Made by a program: the position numbers and the translations under genes
Notes under the pieces: model-generated
Told to the model about the DNA's origin: nothing
Database searches by the model: none
Seen by the model: the letters and a program-made list of their open reading frames with translations, nothing else
Assembly (NCBI GenBank): GCA_044070495.1
Contig: JBIPSI010000003.1
Coordinates: 1-64,000, forward strand
DNA from: Spirulina sp.
GTDB lineage: Bacteria > Cyanobacteriota > Cyanobacteriia > Phormidesmidales > Phormidesmidaceae
DNA: 64,000 nt
Direction: 5' to 3'
In this document: positions 33,419-43,484 of the stretch, one piece after another
Position numbering within the stretch: the first letter of the stretch is position 1
Layout: every line of letters starts with the position of its first letter

Positions 33419-33705
33419 AGTGGATCGCCAACATCCTCGCTGACGGTGGGATGCGCCCTCACCCCCAGCCCCTCTCCCAGGGAGGCTACTAAGTACACAT
33501 CAGTCCTTAACGTAGACGATACAGGGAATCGATCCCCCCTAGCCCCCCTTAAAAAGGGGGGAGCCGGAGTCAAAGTCCCCCTTTTTAAGGGGGATTTAGG
33601 GGGATCTCCAAGGACTTGCGGCATGAAAGCAAGATGTGTGTACTTAGTAGCCCAGCTTGGGAGAGGGATTTAGGGTGAGGGGCAATCAACTCTTAGCGAT
33701 CTACT
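33419..33705. mobile_element. Second copy of the MITE-like family, inverted, carrying a nested MITE (33485-33651)
   Basis: Outer ends agtggatcgc/gcgatctact; inner perfect TIR gctactaagtacaca/tgtgtacttagtagc around the ccccttaaaaagggggg palindromes. Confidence 0.7.
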
Positions 33706-33733
33706 CAGTCTAGGGCTAGGCAATTGCCTGGGG

Positions 33734-36028
33734 CTACCAATCCTCTATGTTGGGATATTGTTCGGGGGCTTTGCCGTGGCGTTCTAGAATTTCTACCTTG
33801 ATTTTGGGCCTTTTGGGTTGGTTGACCTTGCCTTTGGTGGATTTCCCCTTGGCAGATTTGCCTTTGCTGGCCCTGGTTATGGCCGTTTGAAACCCCTTGG
33901 TGGGTTCCTCTGGGATGGGTTCGATAGCTTCTAGTTCTACCTTGAATTCCCAGCAGTCGCCAAAATCAAACAGGTAGTCCATGGTTGCGCCCACGGCTAG
34001 GGGCAGCTCGCCAATCAGCACTTCGGTGGCAAACAGGTCGGCACTATCCATGTAGGGATGGAAGGCCCGGATGGTGCGACCGAGGGGATTTTTGTAGGTA
34101 AATTCGTAGAGGTGGTCGTCATCAAAATCCACGGAGTCGAGGATGGCACCGCTGAGGGTGGCGAGGGTGGCTTCGGCGGGGATAGCGATGCGCCGCCACA
34201 CCCTACCCAAGGAGACTTTGAAGATATAGCGCCCTGGCTGAAAGGTAGATTTGGGTACCGCAAGGCAGTGCCGCCATTCCGGGAAGTAGGGCTGCAAAAC
34301 GGGCTGAAAATCCCCAATGGGGCGGCGGGAATCGAGCATTCCAGGCCATTCGTAATCCACGGCATCGTAGGCATAGCGCAGCAGGGTCATCAGGGCTTTG
34401 CCAAAGGGTTGGCTCTGAAGGGTCTTGAACCGCCAGCCTTTACCCGGTTCGGGTTTGCCGTGGGTGATGGTAATCAGGCCAAACATCTCCATCAGGGCCA
34501 GGTTGTAGAGGCCGGGGTAGTAGGCAAAATTTTGCTGAGTGGAGTAATCGGGCACCGATAGCTTGGCTTTTGCCGCAATGCGTTGCCAGCCTTGGAGGCA
34601 GCGATCCCCTACCAGCAGCGGCCCAGACCGCTCTTCGCCCAGCATTTCGGGGTGGCTACGCAAAAACCACACCTCCAGCAGCGACAGATATTGTTCGGTG
34701 GGGTTCAGGGCTTGCCAGGAGGCGTAGATGTCTGGGTCGGTCACCAGAAACATCTGCTTGCCCTGGGTGGCGACGGTGGTGAGGCCCGTTGCCCGCAGCA
34801 GCAGATACAGCCCGTGCAGGTTAGGGTACGATTTTTGCTGGGGCTGCTGCATCGCCAGGGTGAGGGGCTGGCTGAGGCGTTGGTTGAGGTCGGGCAGGGC
34901 TTTGCGGACAAACTGCTGGAGTTTGCCGCTAACGGGGATACCTTCGCTGGCGGCGAGGTCTAGTAGGGTCTGGAAATCCTGGAGGATGGTGCCGGGGCTG
35001 GTGGCGGTGATGCTCTGTTCGCGCAAGACCTGCCGATCCGCCTCCGAGAGGGGCGGAGTCTCGGCGAGGTTGTTGTGCATCACCGCTGCTCGTAGCGAGG
35101 CCACGGGATTCTTGCCAGAGGCGAAGAGAGCGTCAATGGGATCGACCTCGTCTAGGTCGTCTAAATCTGCATCGTCTAGTTCTGGGAGGTCGGGGATGCT
35201 GTCCTCCAAACCCTGAATAAACGCCTCGGCTTCCTCCGGATCCATGCGCTCGATTCCGGCCAAAAACTGCTCCATCAGCGCCATCAGGTTAACCGGGGCA
35301 CCCTCCGGGGGCAGTTCAATTCCCAGACGGTCGAAGGCGGCCTGCATATCATCGGGGGGCGTGGTCATGGGGATCACTGGGGGCAGGGGGGGGAGTCCCG
35401 CAGACAGCGTTTTACCCTGGGTGCGCTTGGTCTTCATTCCCTGAGTCTTGCCTCCCTTGGGCTTCGCGCCCTGAGTTTGAGACGCATCGGGTGAGGCCGA
35501 CTTCAGACTAGCCTGCTGACTGGCCTGAAACGCCTGAAGCCCTTCCTGGGTGGTCATATCAAACCCTTTGGCCATGCCCTCCATCATCAGTTGCTTGGCC
35601 ATGCCGCCCCGATGGGGGTCAAACATCCATTCAGGAAACTGATCGGCAATGGATTCCAGATATTTGGCAATTGCCTTAGCACTGCGAAACCGATAGACCT
35701 CATGCAGGTACGTCCAAAAGGCCACCAATTCGGGGATGGCGTCATCGGCTTCGCTGGGGTCAGACAGAACCATCCGACGAGGCAGAAAATCCTCCATCAC
35801 CGATTTAGCTTCGCTTTTGGTCATGGTGGGCAGGGTGTAGCCCCCGTAGCGCAGGGCAAATTCAATGAAGACTTCAATCCAGCCGCCACCTTCGGGATAC
35901 AGCCGAATATGGGCTTTCCCCGCCCTAGAATTAGCGAAACTCTCTAAAGCGCCTTCGATGTAATCGTCAATCAGCGGCTCCGCCTGGGCGTAATCGAGGT
36001 TGTCAAGTTGATGTACCAGAAAATCCAT
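33734..36028 (-). CDS. pRiA4b ORF3-like domain protein
   Basis: C-terminal VWRRIAI...HLYEF...YLFDFGDCWEF motif. Confidence 0.8.
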   Translation of the reverse strand: MDFLVHQLDNLDYAQAEPLIDDYIEGALESFANSRAGKAHIRLYPEGGGWIEVFIEFALRYGGYTLPTMTKSEAKSVMEDFLPRRMVLSDPSEADDAIPELVAFWTYLHEVYRFRSAKAIAKYLESIADQFPEWMFDPHRGGMAKQLMMEGMAKGFDMTTQEGLQAFQASQQASLKSASPDASQTQGAKPKGGKTQGMKTKRTQGKTLSAGLPPLPPVIPMTTPPDDMQAAFDRLGIELPPEGAPVNLMALMEQFLAGIERMDPEEAEAFIQGLEDSIPDLPELDDADLDDLDEVDPIDALFASGKNPVASLRAAVMHNNLAETPPLSEADRQVLREQSITATSPGTILQDFQTLLDLAASEGIPVSGKLQQFVRKALPDLNQRLSQPLTLAMQQPQQKSYPNLHGLYLLLRATGLTTVATQGKQMFLVTDPDIYASWQALNPTEQYLSLLEVWFLRSHPEMLGEERSGPLLVGDRCLQGWQRIAAKAKLSVPDYSTQQNFAYYPGLYNLALMEMFGLITITHGKPEPGKGWRFKTLQSQPFGKALMTLLRYAYDAVDYEWPGMLDSRRPIGDFQPVLQPYFPEWRHCLAVPKSTFQPGRYIFKVSLGRVWRRIAIPAEATLATLSGAILDSVDFDDDHLYEFTYKNPLGRTIRAFHPYMDSADLFATEVLIGELPLAVGATMDYLFDFGDCWEFKVELEAIEPIPEEPTKGFQTAITRASKGKSAKGKSTKGKVNQPKRPKIKVEILERHGKAPEQYPNIEDW

Positions 36029-36269
36029 GCCCCATCCCCCTTTTGAACCTAAGACGCTGGGCCTAGGCTATCGCAAAGCCCCCCAGTCCAGGAATGCCCA
36101 TGACAGAAATGTTTAGGACTCGACGCTAGGTTCTAGTCCGTAGGGCTATCGTTCCTCCTGTGAGCGTGCCGTTCCTAGCCGAGAACCCCTAAGTTCGCTA
36201 AGGTCTGAAGGGGTTAGGCATCCCAAGGCCCTGTTGTCTTCACCTGTTCCCCCTCATTCCAAAATTTCT

Positions 36270-37823
36270 ATGGAGACCACGACAGCTACCGACGTGATTG
36301 TCATTGGCAGCGGCATTGGCGGCCTGTGCTGCGGGGCGTTGCTAGCCCGCTACGGCCTGCGGGTGACGATCTGCGAAAGCCACACCATCCCCGGCGGTGC
36401 CGCCCACGGCTTCGAGCGACAGGGGTTTCGGTTTGATTCTGGCCCATCGCTGTATTCGGGGTTGTCCTCGCGGCCTTCTACCAACCCCCTGCGCCATGTG
36501 CTGGATGCTATTGGCGAAGCGGATAGCATCCCCTGGGCCAACTACGACACCTGGGGCGTGCGCCTGCCCGAAGGCGACTTTGACACCACCGTGGGCAACG
36601 ACCAGTTTTGCCAGGTGTTGCAGCGGTTGCGGGGAGATCAAGCGGTGCAAGAATGGCGACAGCTTCAGCGGGTGATGGCACCTCTCGGACGGGCGGCTAC
36701 GGCTCTGCCTCCGGCGACTCTACGGCTGGATTGGGGCGTGTTGCAAACGGTGTTGCCCTACGGCTGGGAACTGCTGCAAAATGCTCCGGCCCTGGCCCAA
36801 GCCAGCCAGCCCTTCAGCACCGTCCTCAACCGCACCGTGACGGATTCCTTCATTCGCAACTGGATGGATATGCTGTGCTTTTTGCTCTCCGGTCTGCCAG
36901 CGGAGGGCACCAGCACCGCCGAAATTGCCTTTATGTTTGCCGAGTGGTACCGACCAGGAGTGACGCTGGACTACCCCATTGGCGGCAGCGCGGCCCTGGT
37001 GAGTGCGCTGGTGCGGGGGCTGGAAAAATTCGGTGGCACCCTGCGATTGGGTGCCCATGTGGGGGAAATCCTTGTCCAAAACGGACGGGCAACGGGGGTA
37101 AGGCTGCGCTCTGGAGAAACCCTCACAGCCGGAACGGCGGTGGTGTCTAATGCCTCGATTTGGGATACCCTGCCCCTGGTGCCTGCGGGGGCTTTGCCTC
37201 AGTCATTCGTAAATGAACGCAAGGCGATGCCGACCTGTCCTAGTTTCCTACACCTGCACCTAGGCATCGATGCCACGGGGCTGCCGGACGACCTCGCCTG
37301 CCACTACATCACCCTTCAGAATTGGGATCTCGGCATCACCGCCCCCCAGAACTTGATTGTGATGTCTATCCCCACGGTGCTGGATCCGTCCCTCGCCCCA
37401 GCGGGCAAGCACACCATCCACGTCTACACCCCCGCCACCGAGCCCTACGAGCTGTGGCAGGGGTTAGATCGCCGCAGTGCCGATTATGCCGCCCTCAAGG
37501 CAAAACGGGCCGAGCCTCTGTGGCAAGCGCTGGAACGGGTGATCCCCGACGTGCGGCAACGGGTGGAGGTAGAACTGGTGGGCACGCCCCTCACCCACGA
37601 GCGCTTTCTGCGACGGCATCGCGGCAGCTATGGCCCTGCCATTTCGGTGCAGGATGGCCTAGTACCCAGCGGCAAAACGCCCTTACCTGGATTGTGGTGT
37701 ACGGGGGATTGCACCTTCCCCGGCATTGGTCTGCCCGCCGTGGCCGCCAGCGGCTGGATTGTGGCGAACGGCCTGGTTTCTGTGGGGCAGCAGCAGCAGG
37801 TGCTTAAGGTTGCCCTGGGCTAG
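36270..37823 (+). CDS. FAD-dependent phytoene desaturase/carotenoid isomerase-like oxidoreductase
   Basis: VIGSGIGG, FDSGPS, GTPLTH and FPGIGLPAV motifs. Confidence 0.85.
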   Translation: METTTATDVIVIGSGIGGLCCGALLARYGLRVTICESHTIPGGAAHGFERQGFRFDSGPSLYSGLSSRPSTNPLRHVLDAIGEADSIPWANYDTWGVRLPEGDFDTTVGNDQFCQVLQRLRGDQAVQEWRQLQRVMAPLGRAATALPPATLRLDWGVLQTVLPYGWELLQNAPALAQASQPFSTVLNRTVTDSFIRNWMDMLCFLLSGLPAEGTSTAEIAFMFAEWYRPGVTLDYPIGGSAALVSALVRGLEKFGGTLRLGAHVGEILVQNGRATGVRLRSGETLTAGTAVVSNASIWDTLPLVPAGALPQSFVNERKAMPTCPSFLHLHLGIDATGLPDDLACHYITLQNWDLGITAPQNLIVMSIPTVLDPSLAPAGKHTIHVYTPATEPYELWQGLDRRSADYAALKAKRAEPLWQALERVIPDVRQRVEVELVGTPLTHERFLRRHRGSYGPAISVQDGLVPSGKTPLPGLWCTGDCTFPGIGLPAVAASGWIVANGLVSVGQQQQVLKVALG

Positions 37824-37942
37824 GGGGTGGGTCTTGGGATGGGGCGATCCCTGGAGTCAATCAACAACCCTGGCCGCGATAGATGGCGTCCACGCGCCCC
37901 TAAAATCTTGGTAATCCCGCTGTTGTTTCCCCATGTGATGCC

Positions 37943-38443
37943 ATGCCCTACACCCTCGCCCAAATTAACCAAATGAACGAGGTAGACTTTGTCCAAGCCA
38001 TCGGCCCCGCCTTTGAAGACACGCCCCAGATTGCCGCCCAGGTGTGGCCCCAGCGGCCCTTTGCCTCGGTCGAAGACCTGCACCAAAAAATGGTGGCCCT
38101 GGTGCGGTGCATGACCGACGGGGAAAAAATCACCCTCATTCAAGCTCACCCCGATTTGGGCACCCGTGTGGCCATGGCCGAGGCTTCCGTGGCCGAGCAA
38201 AGTCAGGCGGGCCTCACCCAGCTTACGGCGGCGGAATATGATCGCTTTCAAGCCCTGAATCAGCGCTATAAAGAGCGGTTTGGCTTTCCCTACATCCTGG
38301 CCGTCGCCGGACACACCAAAGCCTCGATTCTGGACAACTTTACCCAGCGCCTCGACAACGACCCCGCCACCGAGAAGGCCACCGCCCTCAGCCAAATCGA
38401 GACCATCGCAGGGCTGCGGCTAGCCAGTTGGATTGAAGACTAG
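37943..38443 (+). CDS. uraD: OHCU decarboxylase
   Basis: AHPDLG, S..EQ.QAGL and YKERFGFPYI motifs. Confidence 0.92.
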   Translation: MPYTLAQINQMNEVDFVQAIGPAFEDTPQIAAQVWPQRPFASVEDLHQKMVALVRCMTDGEKITLIQAHPDLGTRVAMAEASVAEQSQAGLTQLTAAEYDRFQALNQRYKERFGFPYILAVAGHTKASILDNFTQRLDNDPATEKATALSQIETIAGLRLASWIED

Positions 38444-38560
38444 GTGCATCGCAGGGCTAGAGCTTCGGTTCAGGATTGGGAGAACCCCGGTTACTTCATC
38501 GGTGTGCCTAGGAAATTTTGCCTTGCCAAGCGTAGAAACCGGGTTGCTGTACCCAGTGTG

Positions 38561-39241
38561 CTATAACCACACCTTACCTGTGGGAGAATTTTGGAGCCAT
38601 GTCCGAAACTCTTGCTGCTCCGACCGTGGTAAGTCCTCTAGGGCTTCCAGGGATCGAGCAGCGAAGGTGGTGTTGCCAAAGAAATTTTTGCCCATCCGAT
38701 AGGTGGCCTCTAGCAGGCGGTGTAGGTGATGCTCTGCCCAAGGCGGCAAGGACGACATCGCCAAGGGATCCACCGTCAGCAGTTGCTTCACCACCTGGGG
38801 ATTGCCCGTTTTGGGAAATTTCCACTGGGTGAACACAGTGCTAATTTCAGTCTCAAACTGGCGAGCTTGCTTTGGCCCCAACAGGTCTTCTACATCCATG
38901 TACAAGACCTGCACCAGCAGCAAGCAAGCCTTGATGTAAGTCGGGTTCGCTGCGGCAACTCCGCCCCCGGCATCCCCGTGGCCGTCGTCGGCATCGAGCT
39001 GATCTAGCCGAATTTTGCCCCAAATGCTAAAGCGATCCGGTTCCTCCAGCAACACGCAGGCCTTACCCCGGTTATCGGTCAAATCTCGCCACAGGGAACG
39101 GGCGTCCTCCTCCTGGGCAGCAGTAAATACGCTCAGCAGCCGAAAGGTCTGACCTTGGTAGGTCAGGATGGGAATTTGCTGATCTTTACTGGGATGTTGC
39201 ATGGTTTTAATGTCAACATCCTGCCGCTTGAGGATAAACAT
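38561..39241 (-). CDS. Conserved cyanobacterial protein (Npun_F0813-like)
   Basis: MFILKRQDV start, WRDLTDNRGKACVLLEE. Confidence 0.7.
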   Translation of the reverse strand: MFILKRQDVDIKTMQHPSKDQQIPILTYQGQTFRLLSVFTAAQEEDARSLWRDLTDNRGKACVLLEEPDRFSIWGKIRLDQLDADDGHGDAGGGVAAANPTYIKACLLLVQVLYMDVEDLLGPKQARQFETEISTVFTQWKFPKTGNPQVVKQLLTVDPLAMSSLPPWAEHHLHRLLEATYRMGKNFFGNTTFAARSLEALEDLPRSEQQEFRTWLQNSPTGKVWL

Positions 39242-39551
39242 ATCGTGGCCTGCTGATGTCTGGCGGAACAGAAAGACCTTGCAGTAGGCGGCGGTAGATT
39301 GCAGCACAAAGCCCGGAAAGCTTTGGAACCGCCAAGGGCCCACCCTGAATACTGCCCTAGGGCTGTTGAAGAAGGTCGTATAGATAGGGATGACCTATTG
39401 TAGCGGCCTCCAGCTAGATAGCATCATTCCCTGTGGCCTCAGTACCTCTGGGTCTATAGTTAGGCTACCCCAACCGATAGATAAGCCTACAATTTTGACG
39501 GATCCTGGGGGTCCTCGTTTAAGATAAATGAGCACTCCTCCTTGATCTTAA

Positions 39552-39624
<73 letters not shown>

Positions 39625-39630
39625 TACCTC

Positions 39631-39655
39631 AAAGCCCTTGCATTGCAAGGGCTTT
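39631..39655 (+). terminator. Hairpin downstream of the tRNA
   Basis: aaagcccttgca-t-tgcaagggcttt inverted repeat. Confidence 0.6.
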
Positions 39656-39777
39656 GCTGTTTAAGGGTAGATTTTTGGCCCTTGCAAACTCCCCTCTGTT
39701 CCCCGTATGATCCCCAGTAAATCACACTAAATCACACTAGAAATGGGGGCAGAATGGGGAACGGTGGGGACGCCTTA

Positions 39778-40878
39778 ATGGAGTCCGTAGCGGCAGCAAA
39801 CGAGCGATTACGGGCAGCAGGAGTGCCTGTCCGCCTTAGGGTTCATCGAAAATCGCTCTACCTACGGTGTAGTAAACTGCCCCCCAAGCCGGGGCATCAG
39901 CCAGGGCATCGCTACGAATTGTCTCAGGGGCCGCTCTGTGAACCCGCGATTCGTCGTGCGGAGGCGCAGGCCTACGCGATTCGGACGGCCCTGGTCGAAC
40001 GGCGTTTTTCCTGGGAAGAGTTTGACCCCAACCATAAGGCTCCGAGTAACAGCGTGGCGGACTGGGTAGAGAAGCTGAAGGAGCAGCACCTTTCCACGGG
40101 GCAATGCTCATCCCAGACCTGGGCTAAGCACTGGGAGGGAGCTGTTTTCTCAAAGCTGCCCCAGGACACCACGCTTACAGCATCGGTAATCCTCGCGGCT
40201 GTCCTAGAGACAAAGGAGAATACTCGCAGCCGTAGGCGAACTTGTCAGGCTTTGAGCCGATTAGCTGAAATAGCAGGGATTGAGATAGACCTACGCCCCT
40301 ACCAGGGCCGCTATGGGCTCAATAAGGTTGGACGGCGTGACCTACCGACCGACCAACAGATCGAAGATTGGTACACCGCGATTGGATCCGCACCGTGGCG
40401 GATTATTTTTGCTCGCCTAGTCGTCTTTGGGCTACGGCCCAGTGAGGCTTTTCAGTTTGAACTGATCGATCCCTATACGGCGCGTGTGGTGGATGCCAAA
40501 GCAGGGGTTATCAGGGAGACGAAAGCCTTTCATCCGCACTGGGCGGATCGTTGGCCTCTGGTGGGCGACGTTCCCAAGGTAACGTGGCGAGAGGCGTATA
40601 AAGCTAAAGACTTAACCGAGCGAATCAGGACTGGGCTTAAGCGGTGGGGTGTGACCTGCCAGCGTTATGACCTGCGCCATGCCTGGTGTGTTCGGGTGAG
40701 CGTAGAGTATAAGATTCCGACTTCATTAGCGGCAAGATGGGCTGGGCACTCGGAGGCCGTCCATAATGCGACCTACCTTCAGTGGATTAGAGCAGACCAG
40801 GCCGAGGCCGTTTATCGGGATATGGCCTTGGGCTATGCCGCCAAGCAACAACCTGATCCACTCCATACGTCACAGTGA
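39778..40878 (+). CDS. Tyrosine recombinase/integrase
   Basis: FGLRPSE, YDLRHAW and AGHS..VH...Y catalytic motifs. Confidence 0.92.
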   Translation: MESVAAANERLRAAGVPVRLRVHRKSLYLRCSKLPPKPGHQPGHRYELSQGPLCEPAIRRAEAQAYAIRTALVERRFSWEEFDPNHKAPSNSVADWVEKLKEQHLSTGQCSSQTWAKHWEGAVFSKLPQDTTLTASVILAAVLETKENTRSRRRTCQALSRLAEIAGIEIDLRPYQGRYGLNKVGRRDLPTDQQIEDWYTAIGSAPWRIIFARLVVFGLRPSEAFQFELIDPYTARVVDAKAGVIRETKAFHPHWADRWPLVGDVPKVTWREAYKAKDLTERIRTGLKRWGVTCQRYDLRHAWCVRVSVEYKIPTSLAARWAGHSEAVHNATYLQWIRADQAEAVYRDMALGYAAKQQPDPLHTSQ

Positions 40879-41250
40879 TTACAGAGCAGCCATCTGGCGG
40901 CTTCGATTCTTACTTTCCGAGAATGATCGCTTGGCGTCACTGCTGAGGTTGCCCCACCAGTCCCACAGTTCCTTACAGCGACCAACATGGTACTCGTAGC
41001 GGGGAGTCGTCTTGCTTCCAACATTGCGAATGGCTCCCTCCTGTTCAGTGAACAGGCCGTTATTCCGCCATACCTCTGGCCATCGCGGGGATTGCTTCAT
41101 CAGCCGAGCGAGTTCCCGACCCTTGACCCAACGAGTCACCATCAACTGCTGGCGCAGAGCGGCCAGCTCTGCCCTTAACTCAGCAGACTCTAGTTGGATT
41201 GCATCCAGCTTATTCATGATTTGCTGAATGTCGCTAACCATGCTAACCAT
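40879..41250 (-). CDS. Putative excisionase-like DNA-binding protein
   Basis: Small protein with coiled coil plus wHTH-like segment, convergent with and abutting the integrase. Confidence 0.55.
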   Translation of the reverse strand: MVSMVSDIQQIMNKLDAIQLESAELRAELAALRQQLMVTRWVKGRELARLMKQSPRWPEVWRNNGLFTEQEGAIRNVGSKTTPRYEYHVGRCKELWDWWGNLSSDAKRSFSESKNRSRQMAAL

Positions 41251-41353
41251 GACTACTGTTTCTTATTGTTGATAACTGTAAGTATCCCGCAATACGTAGC
41301 GCGGGTCAATCACCTGCGAATCTTGCCCAATCTCAGTGGGGGCGAGGGAAGTG

Positions 41354-41391
41354 AAAAAAATACTGCCCACGATTCCTTGACCGTGGGCAGT
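41354..41391 (-). terminator. Intrinsic terminator of operon P1
   Basis: actgcccacg/cgtgggcagt 10-bp stem followed by a T tract on the minus strand. Confidence 0.8.
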
Positions 41392-41454
41392 GGAGCGCTC
41401 TTGGCTCTGGGGTTGATGGGAGCGAAACCTTCTGCTGGTTTACGGTGTGGGTCG

Positions 41455-41706
41455 CTAGCCATCAATCTGAAGCGGCACTAGTAGGAAGTGATCGCTGATG
41501 TGACAGTCCTGTATGGCGACTTCAATGAGGTTTGGCCCCATGTTTAGCCGCTCAATCATGTCATCGACTTCATCGTCGGTGCAGAGTGGTGACGTTCCAT
41601 CGTTGGTCGCAATAGCAGTCAGTTCTGGAATTTGCCCCCGTGGCCCACCCATCTCTTGCCATAGCCGCAAGGCGGCAATCATCGTATGGACATCAGCATC
41701 GTTCAT
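41455..41706 (-). CDS. Hypothetical protein, 83 aa
   Basis: gaggtg RBS; shares an AAL.L.....A...G motif with the upstream ORF. Confidence 0.7.
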   Translation of the reverse strand: MNDADVHTMIAALRLWQEMGGPRGQIPELTAIATNDGTSPLCTDDEVDDMIERLNMGPNLIEVAIQDCHISDHFLLVPLQIDG

Positions 41707-41778
41707 TTCAACACCTCTTACAAACTGAACTTGAACCAGACTAAGGGCGGGTTCAACTCCCGCCCTACTTCTAGGCCA
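41707..41778 (-). repeat. tRNA-like intergenic element, copy 1 (diverged, loop inverted)
   Basis: Minus strand agtagggcggg-agttgaa-cccgccc..ctggttcaagttcagtt..gaggt. Confidence 0.85.
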
Positions 41779-42507
41779 TCAACCAAAGGCCAAGCTATGG
41801 CTAGGTTCAGATGGCCTGGATCGACCATTCTTGATCTCCAACCCCTTTGCAATAGCCTCATCACAGACCTCGGTGACGATAGTTTCATTGCTGAGGTTGG
41901 CAATGGTCTGGAATGTTGCTAGCAAGGCTTCGTAGCTTTGGTGAGCGACTAACACCAGATTGGCTTCGAGGTCGTGTTGAAGCACAGTAATCTCTGGAAT
42001 GTTGAGTGGCTCGATGCTGCCATAGCCGCTAGCAAGGTCTTCAACATCAACATCTAGGGAACCCCGCGAGTCGTGATAAAGCTGTAGGGCGGCTCGGATG
42101 GTGGCTAGGCGGCGGTCAGAGAGAGCGCCAGGACTCCTAGGCTCAGGATTCATCCGGGCCTGTGCGAGGGCACAGGTAAGCTGGCGGCTATTCGGGTCGA
42201 TGACGCCGGAGGCAATAGCTTGAGCGATGCTGAGAACCATTTCAAAGTCACCCGTAATCGGGATGACCATGCCGCCGCCGCGCACCCGATAGAACACTTG
42301 ACCGTCAATCTGTAGCGCTGAGATGGTGGCTGGGCAAGCATTGCTGTTTCGCGCACGGAAATTGGCTAGACCTTGCCAGAGGCAATAGAGTGGTTTGGCA
42401 CTGTTTGCCCACTCGCCGCCAGTATCCAGTACGCGCTGGCGGTGGTGAGCCAGCAAGTCTATCCCACTGTGGTCTTGACCGATATGGTTGCAGGATACGT
42501 TTGTCAT
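41779..42507 (-). CDS. Hypothetical protein, 242 aa
   Basis: gaggtcac RBS motif before MTNVSC. Confidence 0.7.
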   Translation of the reverse strand: MTNVSCNHIGQDHSGIDLLAHHRQRVLDTGGEWANSAKPLYCLWQGLANFRARNSNACPATISALQIDGQVFYRVRGGGMVIPITGDFEMVLSIAQAIASGVIDPNSRQLTCALAQARMNPEPRSPGALSDRRLATIRAALQLYHDSRGSLDVDVEDLASGYGSIEPLNIPEITVLQHDLEANLVLVAHQSYEALLATFQTIANLSNETIVTEVCDEAIAKGLEIKNGRSRPSEPSHSLAFG

Positions 42508-42510
42508 TGT

Positions 42511-42579
42511 GTGACCTCTCATGAACTGAACTTGAACCAGGCCAGGGACGGGAGTCGAACCCGCCCTACTCCCACTGGC
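42511..42579 (-). repeat. tRNA-like intergenic element, copy 2
   Basis: gccagtgggagtagggcgggttcgactcccgtccctggcctggttcaagttcagttcatgagaggtcac. Confidence 0.95.
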
Positions 42580-42581
42580 AA

Positions 42582-42875
42582 TTACACATCGGACTCAATA
42601 CCTAGACCTTTCAGCGCGTATTCCAGTGCGGCCTTACCTTTGATGGCTGCGCTAAGTTGAGCGCTTGCGGCATCAACTCGGTTGCCGCGATCTTGGATGA
42701 AGGCTTGGCCGCAGAAGTTGCCTTCTTGAACGGCTCGCTCAGCGTCAGCCAGAGAGGACTTTAGCCACCTGATAGCTGACTCTAGTTGGGACTGAGCTAA
42801 CTCGACTTCAGCAGTGGCTTGGAATAGCGCGACTTTCATCTGGTTCGCAACGTCTTTGGAAATTTCGCTGGTCAT
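42582..42875 (-). CDS. Hypothetical helical protein, 97 aa; first gene of operon P1
   Basis: gagg RBS downstream of the promoter repeat. Confidence 0.7.
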   Translation of the reverse strand: MTSEISKDVANQMKVALFQATAEVELAQSQLESAIRWLKSSLADAERAVQEGNFCGQAFIQDRGNRVDAASAQLSAAIKGKAALEYALKGLGIESDV

Positions 42876-43005
42876 GGCCTGAGCCTCTAGTGGTGTTTTT
42901 TAACTACATTTATATAATACATCGGAGCTATTATGGAGGGGTCAATTATTGCGAAAGATTCACGTTGAAAAGCCTGTTCTGCAAGGTTTCTGCGGATCGA
43001 GCTTT
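42876..43005 (-). promoter_or_regulatory. Repeated terminator/promoter module P1
   Basis: Core taactacatttatataatacatcggag identical to P2 and P3, plus tattgcg and ctgcaagg blocks. Confidence 0.8.
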
Positions 43006-43014
43006 GAGGCGATG

Positions 43015-43482
43015 CTAGCGGTGGTCACCACTGAGAAGTGGCGTATCGGTGGCCATAAACAGGGTGAGCTGTTGTGCTCTAGGGAAGGCTGCTCCCTTTT
43101 TGTCGAAGGTCGCCAGTGCCTTAAAAATGGCATCCACACTCAGCGTTTTTAGATTGCCATCTTTGTCAATGGGATATTCCCCCCGCCACTTCTGGCGGAG
43201 GTAATCAATATCTGCCCCGTTCAGTTCCATGCTGAATGGCACCATGGTGTTATTTTCGTTCCGCTGAACGCGATCACGCCATGCATGGGCAAACTCAAAC
43301 TTGAGTACCCAGAATAGATAGGCGGTGTCGTTCAGAATGCCGTAAGTCCATGCTTCTTTTAGATCTGATGGCGACAGCATCAAAACATCGTCCGATTCGC
43401 TACCGATGTCTGGGGCCGCACTAATGTGTGGGTGTAGATCAACAACTTTTGAATTTACTTGGGGCATGACATTTACATCCAA
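43015..43482 (-). CDS. Hypothetical phage protein
   Basis: Tightly packed in the minus-strand operon; QQLTLF near the C-terminus. Confidence 0.65.
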   Translation of the reverse strand: MDVNVMPQVNSKVVDLHPHISAAPDIGSESDDVLMLSPSDLKEAWTYGILNDTAYLFWVLKFEFAHAWRDRVQRNENNTMVPFSMELNGADIDYLRQKWRGEYPIDKDGNLKTLSVDAIFKALATFDKKGAAFPRAQQLTLFMATDTPLLSGDHR

Positions 43483-43484
43483 AA

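Noticed and set aside
33391..33624. N-terminal extension of the TrkA ORF
   Set aside because: It is a translation of the MITE palindromes; the real start is MYILIGG at 33390.
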